DNA from: Alphaproteobacteria bacterium
GTDB taxonomy: Bacteria; Pseudomonadota; Alphaproteobacteria; UBA7887
Assembly (NCBI GenBank): GCA_965216755.1
Contig: CBDCGL010000011.1
Coordinates: forward strand, 1,312,001-1,376,000
Direction: 5' to 3'
Length of the DNA: 64,000 nucleotides
A program made the position numbers and the translations under genes. Position 1 is the stretch's first letter. Every line of letters begins with the position of its first letter. Below, one piece after another: positions 1 to 10,743 of the stretch. The notes beneath the pieces were generated by a model. It made no database searches, was not told the origin of the DNA, and was given only the letters and a program-made list of their open reading frames with translations.

Positions 1-479
1 GTCACTTTGGGCGCGCGCTGTTTGGCATATGGTGGGGCCATGGTTTCGTGTGACAGCTCGTGACCTTCCAATAGCCAGCGACTGATCGTCGCGATCATCG
101 CGTATGGAAAATTGCCATACGAAAAAACCTCAATGACATCGCGGATTTCGTCAATTTCGCGAGGCGCATAGCCGTTGCCCGATAGTGCCGGTTCCAAACC
201 TGTCGGTTGGAGTTGCCAAACCGCGCTCTCGGCCTGCGCGCGGAGCCGCTGACAAGCCGTGACAAACGGTGCGCTGGCGGCGAGCGGCCTGAGTCCCGGC
301 CACAGTACCTGGTAGAATGCACGATAGTGTGCGTGCGCCATGGCAATGACGCCCATCCAAGGCACCTGCAAGACTCTTTTGGTGTCCTCGTAATCCGCCT
401 TGAGCGCCCCGTCGGCCAAATACTCCGGCAATGCGTGTATGGTCGGCGTGGGTTCCGGGTACAAGCGAGAAAGCGTCAC
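1..479 (-). CDS. DehI-family (DL-2-haloacid dehalogenase-like) protein, 3' end runs off the window
   Basis: Manual translation from GTG at 479: MTLSRLYPEPTPTIHALPEYLADGALKADYEDTKRVLQVPWMGVIAMAHAHYRAFYQVLWPGLRPL...GYAPREIDEIRDVIEVFSYGNFPY; open to position 1. The Y-x-D-x-K-x-x-L-x-VPW-x-G and F-x-YGN-x-x-Y motifs are recalled as typical of DehI. Not in the ORF track. Confidence 0.7.
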   Translation of the reverse strand, partial: MTLSRLYPEPTPTIHALPEYLADGALKADYEDTKRVLQVPWMGVIAMAHAHYRAFYQVLWPGLRPLAASAPFVTACQRLRAQAESAVWQLQPTGLEPALSGNGYAPREIDEIRDVIEVFSYGNFPYAMIATISRWLLEGHELSHETMAPPYAKQRAPKV

Positions 480-486
480 GGCAAGG

Positions 487-1118
487 CTAGACCACATCAG
501 ATTCGATCGTCTGTAGCGACGGCACTGTCGCCACAAAAGACGGTCGCTCTGATAGACGTTGAAACAGGGCATCCAGATGGGCGTATTCGCGCTGCCCGTC
601 GTATCCCGGCATACGCACGTTCAAATAGCCCAAGGAGTCCCAACCGCGATATCACCCAATCCAAATTGGTCGCCAACGCAAAAAGTCGAACCTGGTGTCA
701 GTCGCGCGATTTCTCGAATACCAGCTCGGACTTTTCGCCGCTGACGCTTCTGCCACGGACGACTGCGTTGCGGCTCGCGACGCAGCTCTTCGATCACCAG
801 CAGGACGACGGCATCACAAACGCCGTCGGCAAGGACTTGTAGCCGAAGCGCGTCCAACCGTAAGTTGGGGTCCCGCGGTAGCAAAGACGGCATGGGAAAC
901 TTGGTCTCCAAAAACTCCAGAATGAACCGCGAATCGTAAACCGCCGTGCCGTCATCCAATATCAGCACCGGCAACTTCTCGAGCGGATTGTAGCGTGGCG
1001 TTTCGGCGCCGGCATTCCACGGCACTTCGGTGACCAGTTCAAATGACAGGTTCTTTTCGGCCAGGGCGATGCGCACCTTGCGCGCATAAGGGCTCGGTGT
1101 CGCGCTAATCAGCTTCAT
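487..1118 (-). pseudogene. Glutathione S-transferase family protein with a 1-bp frameshift near 635 (real lesion or sequencing error)
   Basis: MKLISATPSPYARKVR...NPLEKLPVL...YDSRFI (GST N-domain). The frame stops at 621 (GTPWAI*), but the GST C-terminus LGYLNVRMPGYDGQREYAHLDALFQRLSERPSFVATVP...VV* continues in another frame to TAG at 487. Confidence 0.8.
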
Positions 1119-1292
1119 GTGCATGCAAGATGGATTTCGACCGCGCGACTGTGCCATAGGCAGGCGCCGTTGTCACCTGGCCGATATGCGCTTGATAGAT
1201 TTCGTTGGCTGTTGCCGCTTTTGAAACAATCTACAGTGGGTTATCAGTTGGAATGCGTAAGTACCGGAAATTCACCCTGGAAGGATAGGCAC

Positions 1293-1853
1293 GTGGTCAG
1301 GATTGACCGGATTTACACGCGCGGCGGCGACAAAGGGATGACAACGCTGGGCGACGGCACGAAGGTCTCGAAAGCCGCACTCCGTGTGCAATGCTATGGC
1401 GCCACCGACGAAGCCAACGGCGTCATCGGCTTGGCGCGTTTGCATACCGAAGGTGACGCCGACGCCATGTTGGCGCGCATACAGAATGACCTGTTTGACG
1501 TCGGCGCCGATCTCTGCGTGCCGGCCAAAGACGACTCGCGCGCACGGCTTCGTATCGAGGATAGCCAGGTGGCTCGGTTGGAAAGCGAAATCGATTCCAT
1601 GGCCGCAGCGTTGGCGCCACTGGCGTCGTTCATATTGCCGGGTGGTTCGCAGGCTTCCGCCCATTTACATTTGGCGCGCACGGTTGTTCGGCGTGCGGAG
1701 CAGCTTGTCGTAGCACTGATGGACACAGAAACGATCAATCCGGCAGCGTTGAAATATCTCAATCGATTGTCAGATCATTTATTCACTCTAGCGCGCTTTC
1801 TCAACGATAAGGGCGCGCGCGACGTGCTTTGGGTCCCCGGCGCCAATCGCTAG
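1293..1853 (+). CDS. PduO-type ATP:cob(I)alamin adenosyltransferase
   Basis: RIYTRGGDKG-x-T, RIQNDLFDVGADL, FILPGG, ARTVVRRAE, YLNRLSDHLF motifs; GTG start at 1293 after AAGGA. Confidence 0.93.
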   Translation: MVRIDRIYTRGGDKGMTTLGDGTKVSKAALRVQCYGATDEANGVIGLARLHTEGDADAMLARIQNDLFDVGADLCVPAKDDSRARLRIEDSQVARLESEIDSMAAALAPLASFILPGGSQASAHLHLARTVVRRAEQLVVALMDTETINPAALKYLNRLSDHLFTLARFLNDKGARDVLWVPGANR

Positions 1854-1869
1854 GCCTGGCCACCGGCCT

Positions 1870-2904
1870 CTAATTCTGGAATTTGACCAGATGTCTAGCG
1901 ACAAAGGGGGCCAGAAAGATGATCTCGAAAATCCGTGCCAAATGGTGAATGGCAACGAAACCGGGTTCAATATCCAGCGCCAGAGCAATCAAGCACATCT
2001 CGGCGACGCCACCGGGCGCGAATGACAGCAACACCGCTATGTAATCGAGTCCAAGGGGGAATGCGACAACCAGCGACGCGACCGCCGTCACGGCCAATAT
2101 CAAGGCGGTCGCAACGACGGCATGCCCGGACAAATGCAGTAGAACGCCGCGGCCGACATTCGAAAAACGGCTGCCAATCGCGGCGCCGAGCACGAGCAAC
2201 GTCCCGGCCAACAGCCAAGCTGGTAGCGCGCCCTCAACAATGCCGGTTGTGTAAAGCAGGGCACTGGCGAACATCGCGCCAATCATCGGTGCAGCCGGTG
2301 TACGCAACAACCGCGCCGCGGTAGCGCCGATACCGGCAACAATTCCCAGAAGGATCGCATCATCCCACGATATCAATGCGTCCACGCTTGCCCCTGGCGC
2401 CCGATTGGAGTCGCCGCCGAGAAGGGAAACGATCAAAGGGGCGGCAAAGACCAAAAGCATGACGCGCAAGCTTTGAATAAAGGCGATGCGTTGTTCGTTG
2501 CCGCCAGCCGCCGCACCCAGAATGATCATCGGGGTTAGCGCCCCGGGCGCCGAAGCGAATAAGGCGGTCGTGCGGTCGATGCGCGCAATTCTTTGGTAAT
2601 AAGCCGCGGTTAGGAGGGTCAGAATCGGCACGTACAACAAGACCGCAACAACGCTCCATGGCCAAAGGGCGATGCCATGAAGAACCTCCGGTGTGAATGA
2701 CGAACCCAAAAAAACACCGAGGACGCCGAGCATTGCGGCGCGCAAGTTCATGGGCACGGCCACCGGCAGGCCCACCATGCTGGCTGCAAACGTCGCCATG
2801 ATCGGCCCGAGCATCCAAGCCAATGGTATGTCGATCCAATGGGCAATGGCGCCACCGATGCCGCCAAGGGTGAGCGCGGCCGCGAGCTTTTGCAGCATTG
2901 TCAT
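1870..2904 (-). CDS. AbrB-family duplicated membrane protein
   Basis: Hydrophobic, internally duplicated: PLAWMLGP, SAPGAL and FAPGGVAEM motifs. Confidence 0.85.
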   Translation of the reverse strand: MTMLQKLAAALTLGGIGGAIAHWIDIPLAWMLGPIMATFAASMVGLPVAVPMNLRAAMLGVLGVFLGSSFTPEVLHGIALWPWSVVAVLLYVPILTLLTAAYYQRIARIDRTTALFASAPGALTPMIILGAAAGGNEQRIAFIQSLRVMLLVFAAPLIVSLLGGDSNRAPGASVDALISWDDAILLGIVAGIGATAARLLRTPAAPMIGAMFASALLYTTGIVEGALPAWLLAGTLLVLGAAIGSRFSNVGRGVLLHLSGHAVVATALILAVTAVASLVVAFPLGLDYIAVLLSFAPGGVAEMCLIALALDIEPGFVAIHHLARIFEIIFLAPFVARHLVKFQN

Positions 2905-2955
2905 CCATCGGTGGCTGACGCTGCGTGAAAAGTGGTTGCGAATTGCGTGTGGCCC

Positions 2956-3405
2956 CTAGGCGCTGGCAGCGTCTTGCTTGGAACCTGGCTCGGCCGGACC
3001 CTTAAGTTCGACAACATTGCCGTCCGGATCTTCGATATACAAGGAAACCCCGAACCCTTCCGCGCCATAGCGCCGTCCATCATCACCAACCGTTACACCC
3101 ACGGTCGCGAGGGACGCTCTGAGCGATTCGACATCAAACGCGTCGACACGTATGCAAAAGTGATCAAGGTTGCGCGCACCCTGCCCTGGCGCATCGCCCC
3201 CTGTTCTGCCGATTGGGCCGTGAACATCGACCAAATCGATCAAACTGGCGCCGGCGCGCAACTGCACGAGCCCCAATTCGTCCAGCGTACGTTCGACGCT
3301 ACAGCCGAGCACGTCACAATAGAATCGAATCATGGGCTCTAGCTGCGCGGTCCGCAAAACGACATGGTCCAAGCCATGAATTCGTAAATTTGGTCCCTCC
3401 ATCAC
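2956..3405 (-). CDS. VOC/glyoxalase family protein
   Basis: GLDHVVLR...FYCDVLG...LDHFC...YIEDPDGNVVEL. Confidence 0.9.
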   Translation of the reverse strand: MMEGPNLRIHGLDHVVLRTAQLEPMIRFYCDVLGCSVERTLDELGLVQLRAGASLIDLVDVHGPIGRTGGDAPGQGARNLDHFCIRVDAFDVESLRASLATVGVTVGDDGRRYGAEGFGVSLYIEDPDGNVVELKGPAEPGSKQDAASA

Positions 3406-3416
3406 GGGCCACCTTT

Positions 3417-4049
3417 TTATTTGGTGCCGAAAAGCCGATCCCCCGCGTCGCCAATGCCGGGAACAATGTAGCCTTTCTCATTCAGACAATCGTCCATGCC
3501 GGCCGCGAAGACCGGCACGTCGGGATGGGCTTGATGAAACTTTTCGACACCTTCCGGAACCGTTAGCAAGCAAACGAACATAAGTGACCGAGCCCCTGCC
3601 GCCTTTAGCCGACTGACCGCGGCAACAGCGGTATTGCCCGTGGCCAACATTGGATCGACGACAATGATCAAGCGATCGCCCAGACTATGTGGCACCTTGA
3701 AATAATATTCGACCGCCACCAGAGAACTTGGTTCGCGATATAGGCCAACATGCCCGACCCGCGCAGAAGGTAGCAAATCGAGCATGCCCTGTAGAAGACC
3801 GTCGCCAGCGCGCATGATTGAAACCAAGCACAATTTCTTTCCCGCCAGGACCGGCGCGGTCATCGGGGCGATCGGCGTTTCGATCTCGCGCGTCGCGAGA
3901 GGCAAACCGCGCGTAATTTCGTATGCCATGAGCGTCCCAGATTCACGCAGCAACTGGCGGAAATTGGCAGTCGATGTCTCCCGTCGCCGCATCAGTGTCA
4001 GCTTATGCTGGACCAGAGGATGGTCTATGATTGTCAGCGCTGCTGTCAT
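3417..4049 (-). CDS. upp: Uracil phosphoribosyltransferase
   Basis: [27 protein letters not shown]-binding motif, [18 protein letters not shown]. Confidence 0.96.
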   Translation of the reverse strand: MTAALTIIDHPLVQHKLTLMRRRETSTANFRQLLRESGTLMAYEITRGLPLATREIETPIAPMTAPVLAGKKLCLVSIMRAGDGLLQGMLDLLPSARVGHVGLYREPSSLVAVEYYFKVPHSLGDRLIIVVDPMLATGNTAVAAVSRLKAAGARSLMFVCLLTVPEGVEKFHQAHPDVPVFAAGMDDCLNEKGYIVPGIGDAGDRLFGTK

Positions 4050-4106
4050 GGTTGCATTCCCCCCAATTCGGCGGTGACGTCCGCGGAACGATTAAATCGC
4101 TTCGAA

Positions 4107-5348
4107 CTAAAAGATGGTCGCGTCACTCGCCACGCGAATGGGTGGTCCGCCACCTGGGCGCTGTTCGGCAGCCAACTGCCGGCCAGCCGCCCAAGTTCCG
4201 CCTTCGAGTATCTTGACCAACGGCAACATCTCCTCATTTAGCCCCAAACGCCCGCGAATATTGACCGCCAATCGATCCAGCAATGCCACCGTTAGCGCCC
4301 GCCATTCTGTAACGATTTCCGAGTCGGCAGCGTGCTCTTCATCAAGTATTTCGGCATACTGCGGCTTGAGGAGTCCACAGTCGATCATCAAGCCGCCGTT
4401 GCGATATTCCGCAAGGCCGGTCAACATATCGAGCGCGGTGACGGTAATTCCGGCTTCAGCGAGCGGTTCGACCAGCGAATAGGTCAGCCACATCGACAGC
4501 TTGTGAAACGGCACCAAGCCGTTGGTCAGATCGTTTGTGCGCACGGCTGGATGGTGGCCAACATCGCCAAGATTGACGCCACCCAATTCGATTCGCCGGG
4601 GCCATATGCCCGAAAAGCCCCGCATAACTGCTGAAAACAGAATCGGCGCCGCCAGGGTGTGGCTGCGTGTGCGCCGCACGATATAGTCGTAGATGTGTCC
4701 GACACGCGGTCTTGACGATCCAAAAATCGCTGTTTCATGTTGCATAGTTTGGCCCAGTTGCCGAAGCAGCGCGACGCGCCCAGCAACACCCACCAGCGGA
4801 TTGTCCGCGCCGACTTGAAACGCGTTTGCAAGAGTTGACTCGTCAATTCCACCCAATGCGACTGCGTCGGCACGCAACGGATGCCGCGTGTCGCTTGACA
4901 AGGCGCCCGATGCGAACAAATCAAGGCTGGCCAGCGCCAGCCCTTCGGAGCGTTGCAGCACCGAGCCCGTTTGTTGGTCTCTATAGCTCCAATGGTCGCC
5001 TGCCCCAGCATCGAGTAGGACACTGATTGTAACAAGATCGATTCGGCTGCGCGCGCGCTCGGCGGGGCTTTCGTCTTGTAGCCGGCCGGCTAGGCCTTGC
5101 CAGCGATCCTCACCGGCCACCATGAAATGGCGCCATCGGCTATGCATCGGGATTTCAAGTGTGGGAAAGCGCCCGCGCGTGACCGCAACGACATATTCGG
5201 CGGCCCGATCGACTTGGTCCAGGTCAACAGTGAAATGGCCCAGCGTACCCGCGATGCCGGCATCAAGAACCAAATTGCAGCGGCGGCGTATTGCAGCCGG
5301 CGACCGAAGCCACAAGATCGCGTCGGCCGGTGTTTGGCTATCCCGCAA
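4107..5348 (-). CDS. URC4/Urg3 (DUF1688) family protein
   Basis: HSRWRHF, SVLLDAGAG, RSEGLA, PFHKLSMWLTYS, TGLAEYRNGGL, EWRALTV, LEGGTWAAGR motifs; lies between URC1-like and upp genes. Confidence 0.88.
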   Translation of the reverse strand: MRDSQTPADAILWLRSPAAIRRRCNLVLDAGIAGTLGHFTVDLDQVDRAAEYVVAVTRGRFPTLEIPMHSRWRHFMVAGEDRWQGLAGRLQDESPAERARSRIDLVTISVLLDAGAGDHWSYRDQQTGSVLQRSEGLALASLDLFASGALSSDTRHPLRADAVALGGIDESTLANAFQVGADNPLVGVAGRVALLRQLGQTMQHETAIFGSSRPRVGHIYDYIVRRTRSHTLAAPILFSAVMRGFSGIWPRRIELGGVNLGDVGHHPAVRTNDLTNGLVPFHKLSMWLTYSLVEPLAEAGITVTALDMLTGLAEYRNGGLMIDCGLLKPQYAEILDEEHAADSEIVTEWRALTVALLDRLAVNIRGRLGLNEEMLPLVKILEGGTWAAGRQLAAEQRPGGGPPIRVASDATIF

Positions 5349-5406
5349 GCGTGCTCCCTGGCGCTAGAAGATCGCCGGATCAGTTGTGGACGCGCATTTC
5401 CGGGGT

Positions 5407-6663
5407 TCAGTCGCCGAGCCGACGACCTTTTGGCGTGGCCAGATCCTGCGCGCTTGGTGTTTCGCCAGAGGAGTAATAGCCCGCAGACATCTTCGCATCA
5501 ATCTCCACGCGCGCGTCCGCGGGGATCAGTTCTTCGGGAATTGGCACACGTTGCTTGATTTCGATCCCCTGCCGAACGATGGCGTCGTGCTTGGTATCGC
5601 TCATGGACACGAACTGATCGATGCGCGTCACACCCAACCAATGCAACACATCAGGCATGAGCTCTTGGAAGCGCACATCTTGAATGCCCGCGACGCATTC
5701 AGTTCGTTCAAAATATGCTTCCGCTCGATCCCCGCCGGCCTGACGCTTACGGGCGTTGTAAACCAAGAATTTGGTAACTTCGCCCAAGGCCCGCCCTTCC
5801 TTGCGATTGTAGACAATCATGCCGACCCCGCCACGTTGCGCGGCGCCAATACACACTTCGATGCCATGGGTCAGGTACGGCCGACAGGTGCAAATATCTG
5901 ACCCGAAAACATCGGACCCGTTGCATTCGTCGTGGACTCGGCAAGCCACATCGCGTGTCGGATCGGCAAGCGCCGCGGGGTCACCAAATATGTAGACGGT
6001 GTGACCACCAATCGGCGGCAGAAACACGTGCCGATCCGGCCTGGTGACCAGATCCGGAAACATGCCTCCGGTGTGTTCAAAAAGGGCGCGCCGCAAATCC
6101 GTTTCAGAGATGCCGCACCGGGCCGCCACGCCGGGAAGATACCAAACCGGCTCAATGGCGGCCTTGGTCACCTTCACGTCACCGTTTGGAGCCAGAATTT
6201 GCCCATCGGTCGCCAGGCGGCCCTTGGCCACCGCCGATTCCATTTCCGGCAAGCGAATGCGCGCTTTCGTGACCGCAATAGTTGGTCGGATGTCCCAACC
6301 ATCGCGCAGTTTGTCGGCGAAGGCATCGCTGACCAAATGACCATAGGGGTCCAAGGACACGATCTTGTCTGGGTCAGCCCATTGAGCGTGCGGACCGATC
6401 TGAACAGCTGGAGCCGTGTCCGACAGATCCGGCACGTGGAGCGGATCCAATGTTTGGGCGGCAATCGCCAAAGCACGGTACAGCGCGTAAGAACCGGAAT
6501 GGGCGCCGATGACATTACGATGGTTGGGGTCGGCCAAAGTGCCGATTATCGGGCCCCGCGCGCTGGCGTTTCGTGCACCCCAGCATATGGCAGGCGCCGC
6601 ATTTCCATTCTGCGGTGGATGCGACGTGAGTACGATGTGATTGGCTCGACCGGTGCCATCCAT
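5407..6663 (-). CDS. URC1-type GTP cyclohydrolase II family protein (uracil catabolism)
   Basis: N-domain HIVLTSHP/RNVIGAHSGSY; C-domain RVHDECNGSDVFGSDICTC, RKEGRALG, KFLVYN, DVRFQELM. Start placed at MDGTGRANH (6663). Confidence 0.88.
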   Translation of the reverse strand: MDGTGRANHIVLTSHPPQNGNAAPAICWGARNASARGPIIGTLADPNHRNVIGAHSGSYALYRALAIAAQTLDPLHVPDLSDTAPAVQIGPHAQWADPDKIVSLDPYGHLVSDAFADKLRDGWDIRPTIAVTKARIRLPEMESAVAKGRLATDGQILAPNGDVKVTKAAIEPVWYLPGVAARCGISETDLRRALFEHTGGMFPDLVTRPDRHVFLPPIGGHTVYIFGDPAALADPTRDVACRVHDECNGSDVFGSDICTCRPYLTHGIEVCIGAAQRGGVGMIVYNRKEGRALGEVTKFLVYNARKRQAGGDRAEAYFERTECVAGIQDVRFQELMPDVLHWLGVTRIDQFVSMSDTKHDAIVRQGIEIKQRVPIPEELIPADARVEIDAKMSAGYYSSGETPSAQDLATPKGRRLGD

Positions 6664-6839
6664 GGTCTTGGTTCCGTGTCCCCTCAGCGTCGCCTTGGCC
6701 CTATATCGCGTCGCCGCCGCGCGGTGTACCGCGACCGCACGAACGCGCGCCACGAAAACCCTCGCTCACAAGAAATTGGGTCGACCGCGCCTTATGTCGA
6801 GGTATCGCGGCGCTTCAATCCCGGAAAACCCCGCTTTAT

Positions 6840-7727
6840 CTAGTCTCCCTCTCCATAACGTGAATCGAAGTCCCATACCTCTTGAAATCCCATAAGCCGG
6901 CTGAAATCAGAAAATGGATAAAGCGCCGACGTGATTTGCTCGCTGCCGCCGTTTGTCTTCAAAGTGTCATATACAGACGCTATGGCTGCGCCGATGGCCA
7001 GAAAAGCGGTCGCTGGGAATATGGCGACACGATAACCGATTTCGCCCAGTTTTTCCGCATTGAACACCGGCGAGCGACCGCCTTCGACCATGTTGGCCAA
7101 ACAAGGCGTGTCAAAACTACGGCAAATCTTGGCCATTTCATCCTCGGACTCTGGCGACTCGACAAACAGCACGTCTGCACCCGCCGCCGCATAGGCCTCC
7201 GCGCGCCGCAGCGCTTCGTCAAGCCCCAAGGTGGTGCGCGCGTCGGTACGCGCGATGATCAGCAAGTTCGGGTCAGAGCGACTGTCGATGGCGACCTTGA
7301 TTTTGGTCACCATGTCTTCAGTCGGAACCACGCGGCGCCCCAGCGTGTGGCCACATTTTTTCGGAAATTCCTGGTCTTCGAGTTGGACCGCACTGGCACC
7401 CGCGGCTTCGTAAGACTGTATCGTGTGGCGGACATTGAGCGCGCCGCCATAGCCAGTGTCGGCGTCTGCAATCAGGGCCGCAGTTGTCCGCGCGCTCAGA
7501 CAGCGGACTCGATCAACCATGTCGGTCAGGGTCGCATAGCCGGCGTCCGGCAATCCCAGATACGAAGCGGAGACTCCATAGCCCGTCATATACAGAGCTT
7601 CAAATCCGACGCTTTCGGCGATACGGACTGAAATACCATCGAAAACGCCAGGCGCCAAAACCAAGGGGCCAGATCCGATGCGACTCCGTAAAAGAGCGCG
7701 TTTGTCACGCGTGTCAATCGGGGACAT
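6840..7727 (-). CDS. Isocitrate lyase/PEP mutase superfamily enzyme (2-methylisocitrate/2,3-dimethylmalate lyase-like)
   Basis: LYMTG, ADADTGYG, LEDQ-x-FPKKCGH, IIARTDA, ANMVEGG. Confidence 0.88.
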   Translation of the reverse strand: MSPIDTRDKRALLRSRIGSGPLVLAPGVFDGISVRIAESVGFEALYMTGYGVSASYLGLPDAGYATLTDMVDRVRCLSARTTAALIADADTGYGGALNVRHTIQSYEAAGASAVQLEDQEFPKKCGHTLGRRVVPTEDMVTKIKVAIDSRSDPNLLIIARTDARTTLGLDEALRRAEAYAAAGADVLFVESPESEDEMAKICRSFDTPCLANMVEGGRSPVFNAEKLGEIGYRVAIFPATAFLAIGAAIASVYDTLKTNGGSEQITSALYPFSDFSRLMGFQEVWDFDSRYGEGD

Positions 7728-7971
7728 CTATTATCTCCTTGCGAAGCTCTCTGGCGATTTCGAACCACTTCCTGCTAGCATGTTGCCCGCCTGCCGGGCT
7801 GTCAAACACGACAGCGCGGGGTCATTGGTGGCTCGGTCAGATGCTCGGGTGCCCCTTCGCGGGGTACCTTCATCTCCTATATGCGTCCCCAATTGTTACG
7901 CGGTCCGGGGCTTTAAGATCCGGTGGAGTCTGTAGTGCAAGCAGCGAGTCACGCAGTCAAAAAGGGCTGTT

Positions 7972-9195
7972 TTGCCGATGGATAGTCAACAAATCGCGTT
8001 CGTCGGGATTATGGCGGCGATCGCCGTCATCGCACTGCTGGCATTCTTTATTTTGTTGATTGCGAGAGCATCCGTTGCACGCCACAGCTCGGGAAATGGC
8101 GTTCGCCTCGTCTATCAGCCCCGCTGGTACGAGTTCGTCCTGGCGCTGTTGGTCCTAGCCGTGGTCGCGGGTGGCCTAATTTGGCAGGTGCCGCTTTGGG
8201 AACGCGCGCCGGCCCCGGAAGCGTCTGATAGCAGCGAGATCGCTGGCGCGAACGAAACCGAGGCCGCCGCGTCAGATATCGACGAAACAAATGGCACCGG
8301 AAGCGACGCGGCTGCGCCACCGGACCGCGCCGATGTCTCGCCGGACCTGGGCGATGGTCAGGCGGATGGCCGCGAAGGTGCATTCGTGACGGTCATGCTG
8401 ATCGCCGCAGCTGTCGGATTCATTGCGTTTGTTGTGTTTCTGTTTGGCCATGGCCTCAATTCCGGACGCCCGTCGGGTGTCGCCGCATCTGGCACCGCGG
8501 ACCATGCGACGGTCACCGACGCGGTAGCGCGCGACACTGTCGAGGCGCCATCGACCGCACGCTTGCTCGGTTTGCTGGCGTTCGTTCTTTTGGTTCTTTT
8601 GGTCGGTTGGGCATATTTGGACCCGATCCAACGCAACGATCTCGTCGAAAATCTGATTTATCCGGCCGCCATGGCCGTGACCCTTGTTTTATTGTTCGAT
8701 AAGGCCAGCCGGGAATGGGTCACCAAAGGCGCGGCGGAAACAGTTCGTGAGTGGCTATTTTGCGATGCTCTAGCTGTGTTTCTGCTGCTCGGCTACCTCA
8801 ACTTGCGCCAATGGCAACCGGCAGAAGAACAAGCCTATGCGGCGATGTTTTGGGACATCGTCTATATCGCGACATTGTATTTTACGTTTTGGCTTGTTGA
8901 TCGGAAGCACACCACACTCCGTTTTCTGTTTGCCTATGGATTTATCGTTCTGGCGCCAGTGCTGCTTTTGATATGGCGACATGCGCACGATGTGTCGGGG
9001 ATGGCCGCAACATCCTGGTGGGAAACAATTTGGCCTTGCTTCCTGCTCACGGTTTTGTTTTTCGTATTTGAGATCGTTCTGATCATTGCGTCTCGCGAAA
9101 CCCCGCGACATGGCGTCGGTGCAGTGAAGGACTTGGTATTTTTCATCATGTACGGCGTCTTGCTGTTGATCGCTATTCCGGAGGCGGCCGCATGA
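7972..9195 (+). CDS. Multi-pass membrane protein of unknown function with an acidic extramembrane linker
   Basis: About 10 hydrophobic segments; ATGA overlap with the amidase gene. True ATG probably 7978. Confidence 0.7.
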   Translation: MPMDSQQIAFVGIMAAIAVIALLAFFILLIARASVARHSSGNGVRLVYQPRWYEFVLALLVLAVVAGGLIWQVPLWERAPAPEASDSSEIAGANETEAAASDIDETNGTGSDAAAPPDRADVSPDLGDGQADGREGAFVTVMLIAAAVGFIAFVVFLFGHGLNSGRPSGVAASGTADHATVTDAVARDTVEAPSTARLLGLLAFVLLVLLVGWAYLDPIQRNDLVENLIYPAAMAVTLVLLFDKASREWVTKGAAETVREWLFCDALAVFLLLGYLNLRQWQPAEEQAYAAMFWDIVYIATLYFTFWLVDRKHTTLRFLFAYGFIVLAPVLLLIWRHAHDVSGMAATSWWETIWPCFLLTVLFFVFEIVLIIASRETPRHGVGAVKDLVFFIMYGVLLLIAIPEAAA

Positions 9196-10619
9196 CGGCA
9201 AGTGACCTGACTGAGGTTGATATCAGTACGTTATCTTTGCTGATCAGCCGGCGCGATATTTCGCCCGTCGCCCTTGTCGAAGCTTACTTGTCAAAGATTG
9301 ATCGCCGCAACCCGGCGCTGAACGCCTACATTTCAGTTTATCCTGAACAAGCGCATGAAGCCGCCACGATCGCTGAAAACGAAATCGCCGCCGGCGACTG
9401 GCGCGGCCCATTGCACGGCGTGCCGTTAGCAATAAAGGATCTCTACCAAGTCAGCGGAATGCGCCGGACCTGCGGCTCGCGCCTGATTGACGAACCACCG
9501 TCGGTAGAAGACTCAACCAGCGTCGCACGGCTACGAAACGCCGGCGCGATCATTCTCGGCATGGCAAACTTGCACGAGTTCGCGTTTGGACCAACCGGCG
9601 TCAATGATCAATTCGGGTCGGCGCGCAATCCTTGGAATCCGGACCTATGTTGCGGCGGGTCGAGCTCTGGCTCCGCGTGCGCCGTCGCCGGCGGCCTAGC
9701 GGCCGGCGCGCTCGGCACGGACACCGGCGGTTCGATCCGTATTCCGGCCGCGCTGTGCGGTTGCGTTGGCCTGAAACAGTCTTACGGACTCGCAAGCCGG
9801 CATGGCATTTATCCGGTCAGCGCGTTGTTTGACCATGGCGGTCCCATCACGCGAACGGTCGGCGACGCGGCGATTATGCTTGATGCCATTGCCGGGGCGG
9901 ATCCTCGGGACCCGACCACAGCCGCGGCGCGCGTGGATGACTATGAACCCGAACTGGACCGTGGCGTTAGGGGGCTCCGAATTGGCGTGCCGCACGCGTT
10001 CTTTTTCGATTCGCTACATAACGAGGTGGGCGACGCCGTCAACAGCGCGCTGACTCTGCTCAGCGATCTAGGCGCTGACGTCGTGGAAGTCGGGCTGCCG
10101 GTGGACTGCGACCAGGTTGAACGCGCATGGGACATCATTGCTTTGGCCGACGCCTACGCCGTGCACGAACAGCACGTTCGCGATGGCAGCGAGATGCTTT
10201 CGCGAGATGTGCGGGCGCGCTTGTTGCGCGGGCGCGACATGCAGCCAGTCGATATCGCTGAGGCAAAGTCGGTGCGGTTGAAGGTGATAGCGGCCATGAA
10301 GGATTTCATGCATTCGGTTGACGTCCTAGCCATGCCGACAAGCCCGATCCCGGCGGTCTCGCTTTCGGATCGGACGATTGAAATCGACGGAGAATCCATT
10401 CGCGCCGCCACCGTGCTGGGCCGCTTGACCCGTTTCGCGGCCTTTACCGGCCAACCGGCGATCTCGGTTCCCTGTGGCTTTACTGGCGACGGTCGGCCAA
10501 TCGGTTTGCAGATGATCGGTGACTGGTTCGCCGAATCCTTTGTTCTAAGGACCGCGCGCGCCTATGAAAACGCAACTGATTGGCATATCCGCCGACCACC
10601 GCTGGATCCGGCCCCTTAG
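9192..10619 (+). CDS. Amidase signature family enzyme
   Basis: GPLHGVPLAIKD, GGSSSGSA, GTDTGGSIRIPA (Lys-cisSer-Ser triad). Confidence 0.93.
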   Translation: MTASDLTEVDISTLSLLISRRDISPVALVEAYLSKIDRRNPALNAYISVYPEQAHEAATIAENEIAAGDWRGPLHGVPLAIKDLYQVSGMRRTCGSRLIDEPPSVEDSTSVARLRNAGAIILGMANLHEFAFGPTGVNDQFGSARNPWNPDLCCGGSSSGSACAVAGGLAAGALGTDTGGSIRIPAALCGCVGLKQSYGLASRHGIYPVSALFDHGGPITRTVGDAAIMLDAIAGADPRDPTTAAARVDDYEPELDRGVRGLRIGVPHAFFFDSLHNEVGDAVNSALTLLSDLGADVVEVGLPVDCDQVERAWDIIALADAYAVHEQHVRDGSEMLSRDVRARLLRGRDMQPVDIAEAKSVRLKVIAAMKDFMHSVDVLAMPTSPIPAVSLSDRTIEIDGESIRAATVLGRLTRFAAFTGQPAISVPCGFTGDGRPIGLQMIGDWFAESFVLRTARAYENATDWHIRRPPLDPAP

Positions 10620-10743
10620 GCGACGTGTTGAAGATGGCTGGATTTAGGTCGGTGGACGCCATATGGTATGCGGCATGCGCGAATATCGCGCGCGTGCCTG
10701 GCGCTGACCATGTGCATAGATTTGAACTTGGGACAAATGTGTT

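Noticed and set aside
207-842. 211-aa plus-strand ORF, and similar long antisense ORFs such as 5932..6843, 12935..13990 and 49361..50638
   Set aside because: They overlap recognisable genes on the opposite strand, as expected in GC-rich DNA.
5407-6663. Riboflavin ribA
   Set aside because: The extra N-terminal domain and linkage to URC4 and upp indicate the URC1 type.
9192-10619. gatA
   Set aside because: No gatB or gatC nearby; context is catabolic.
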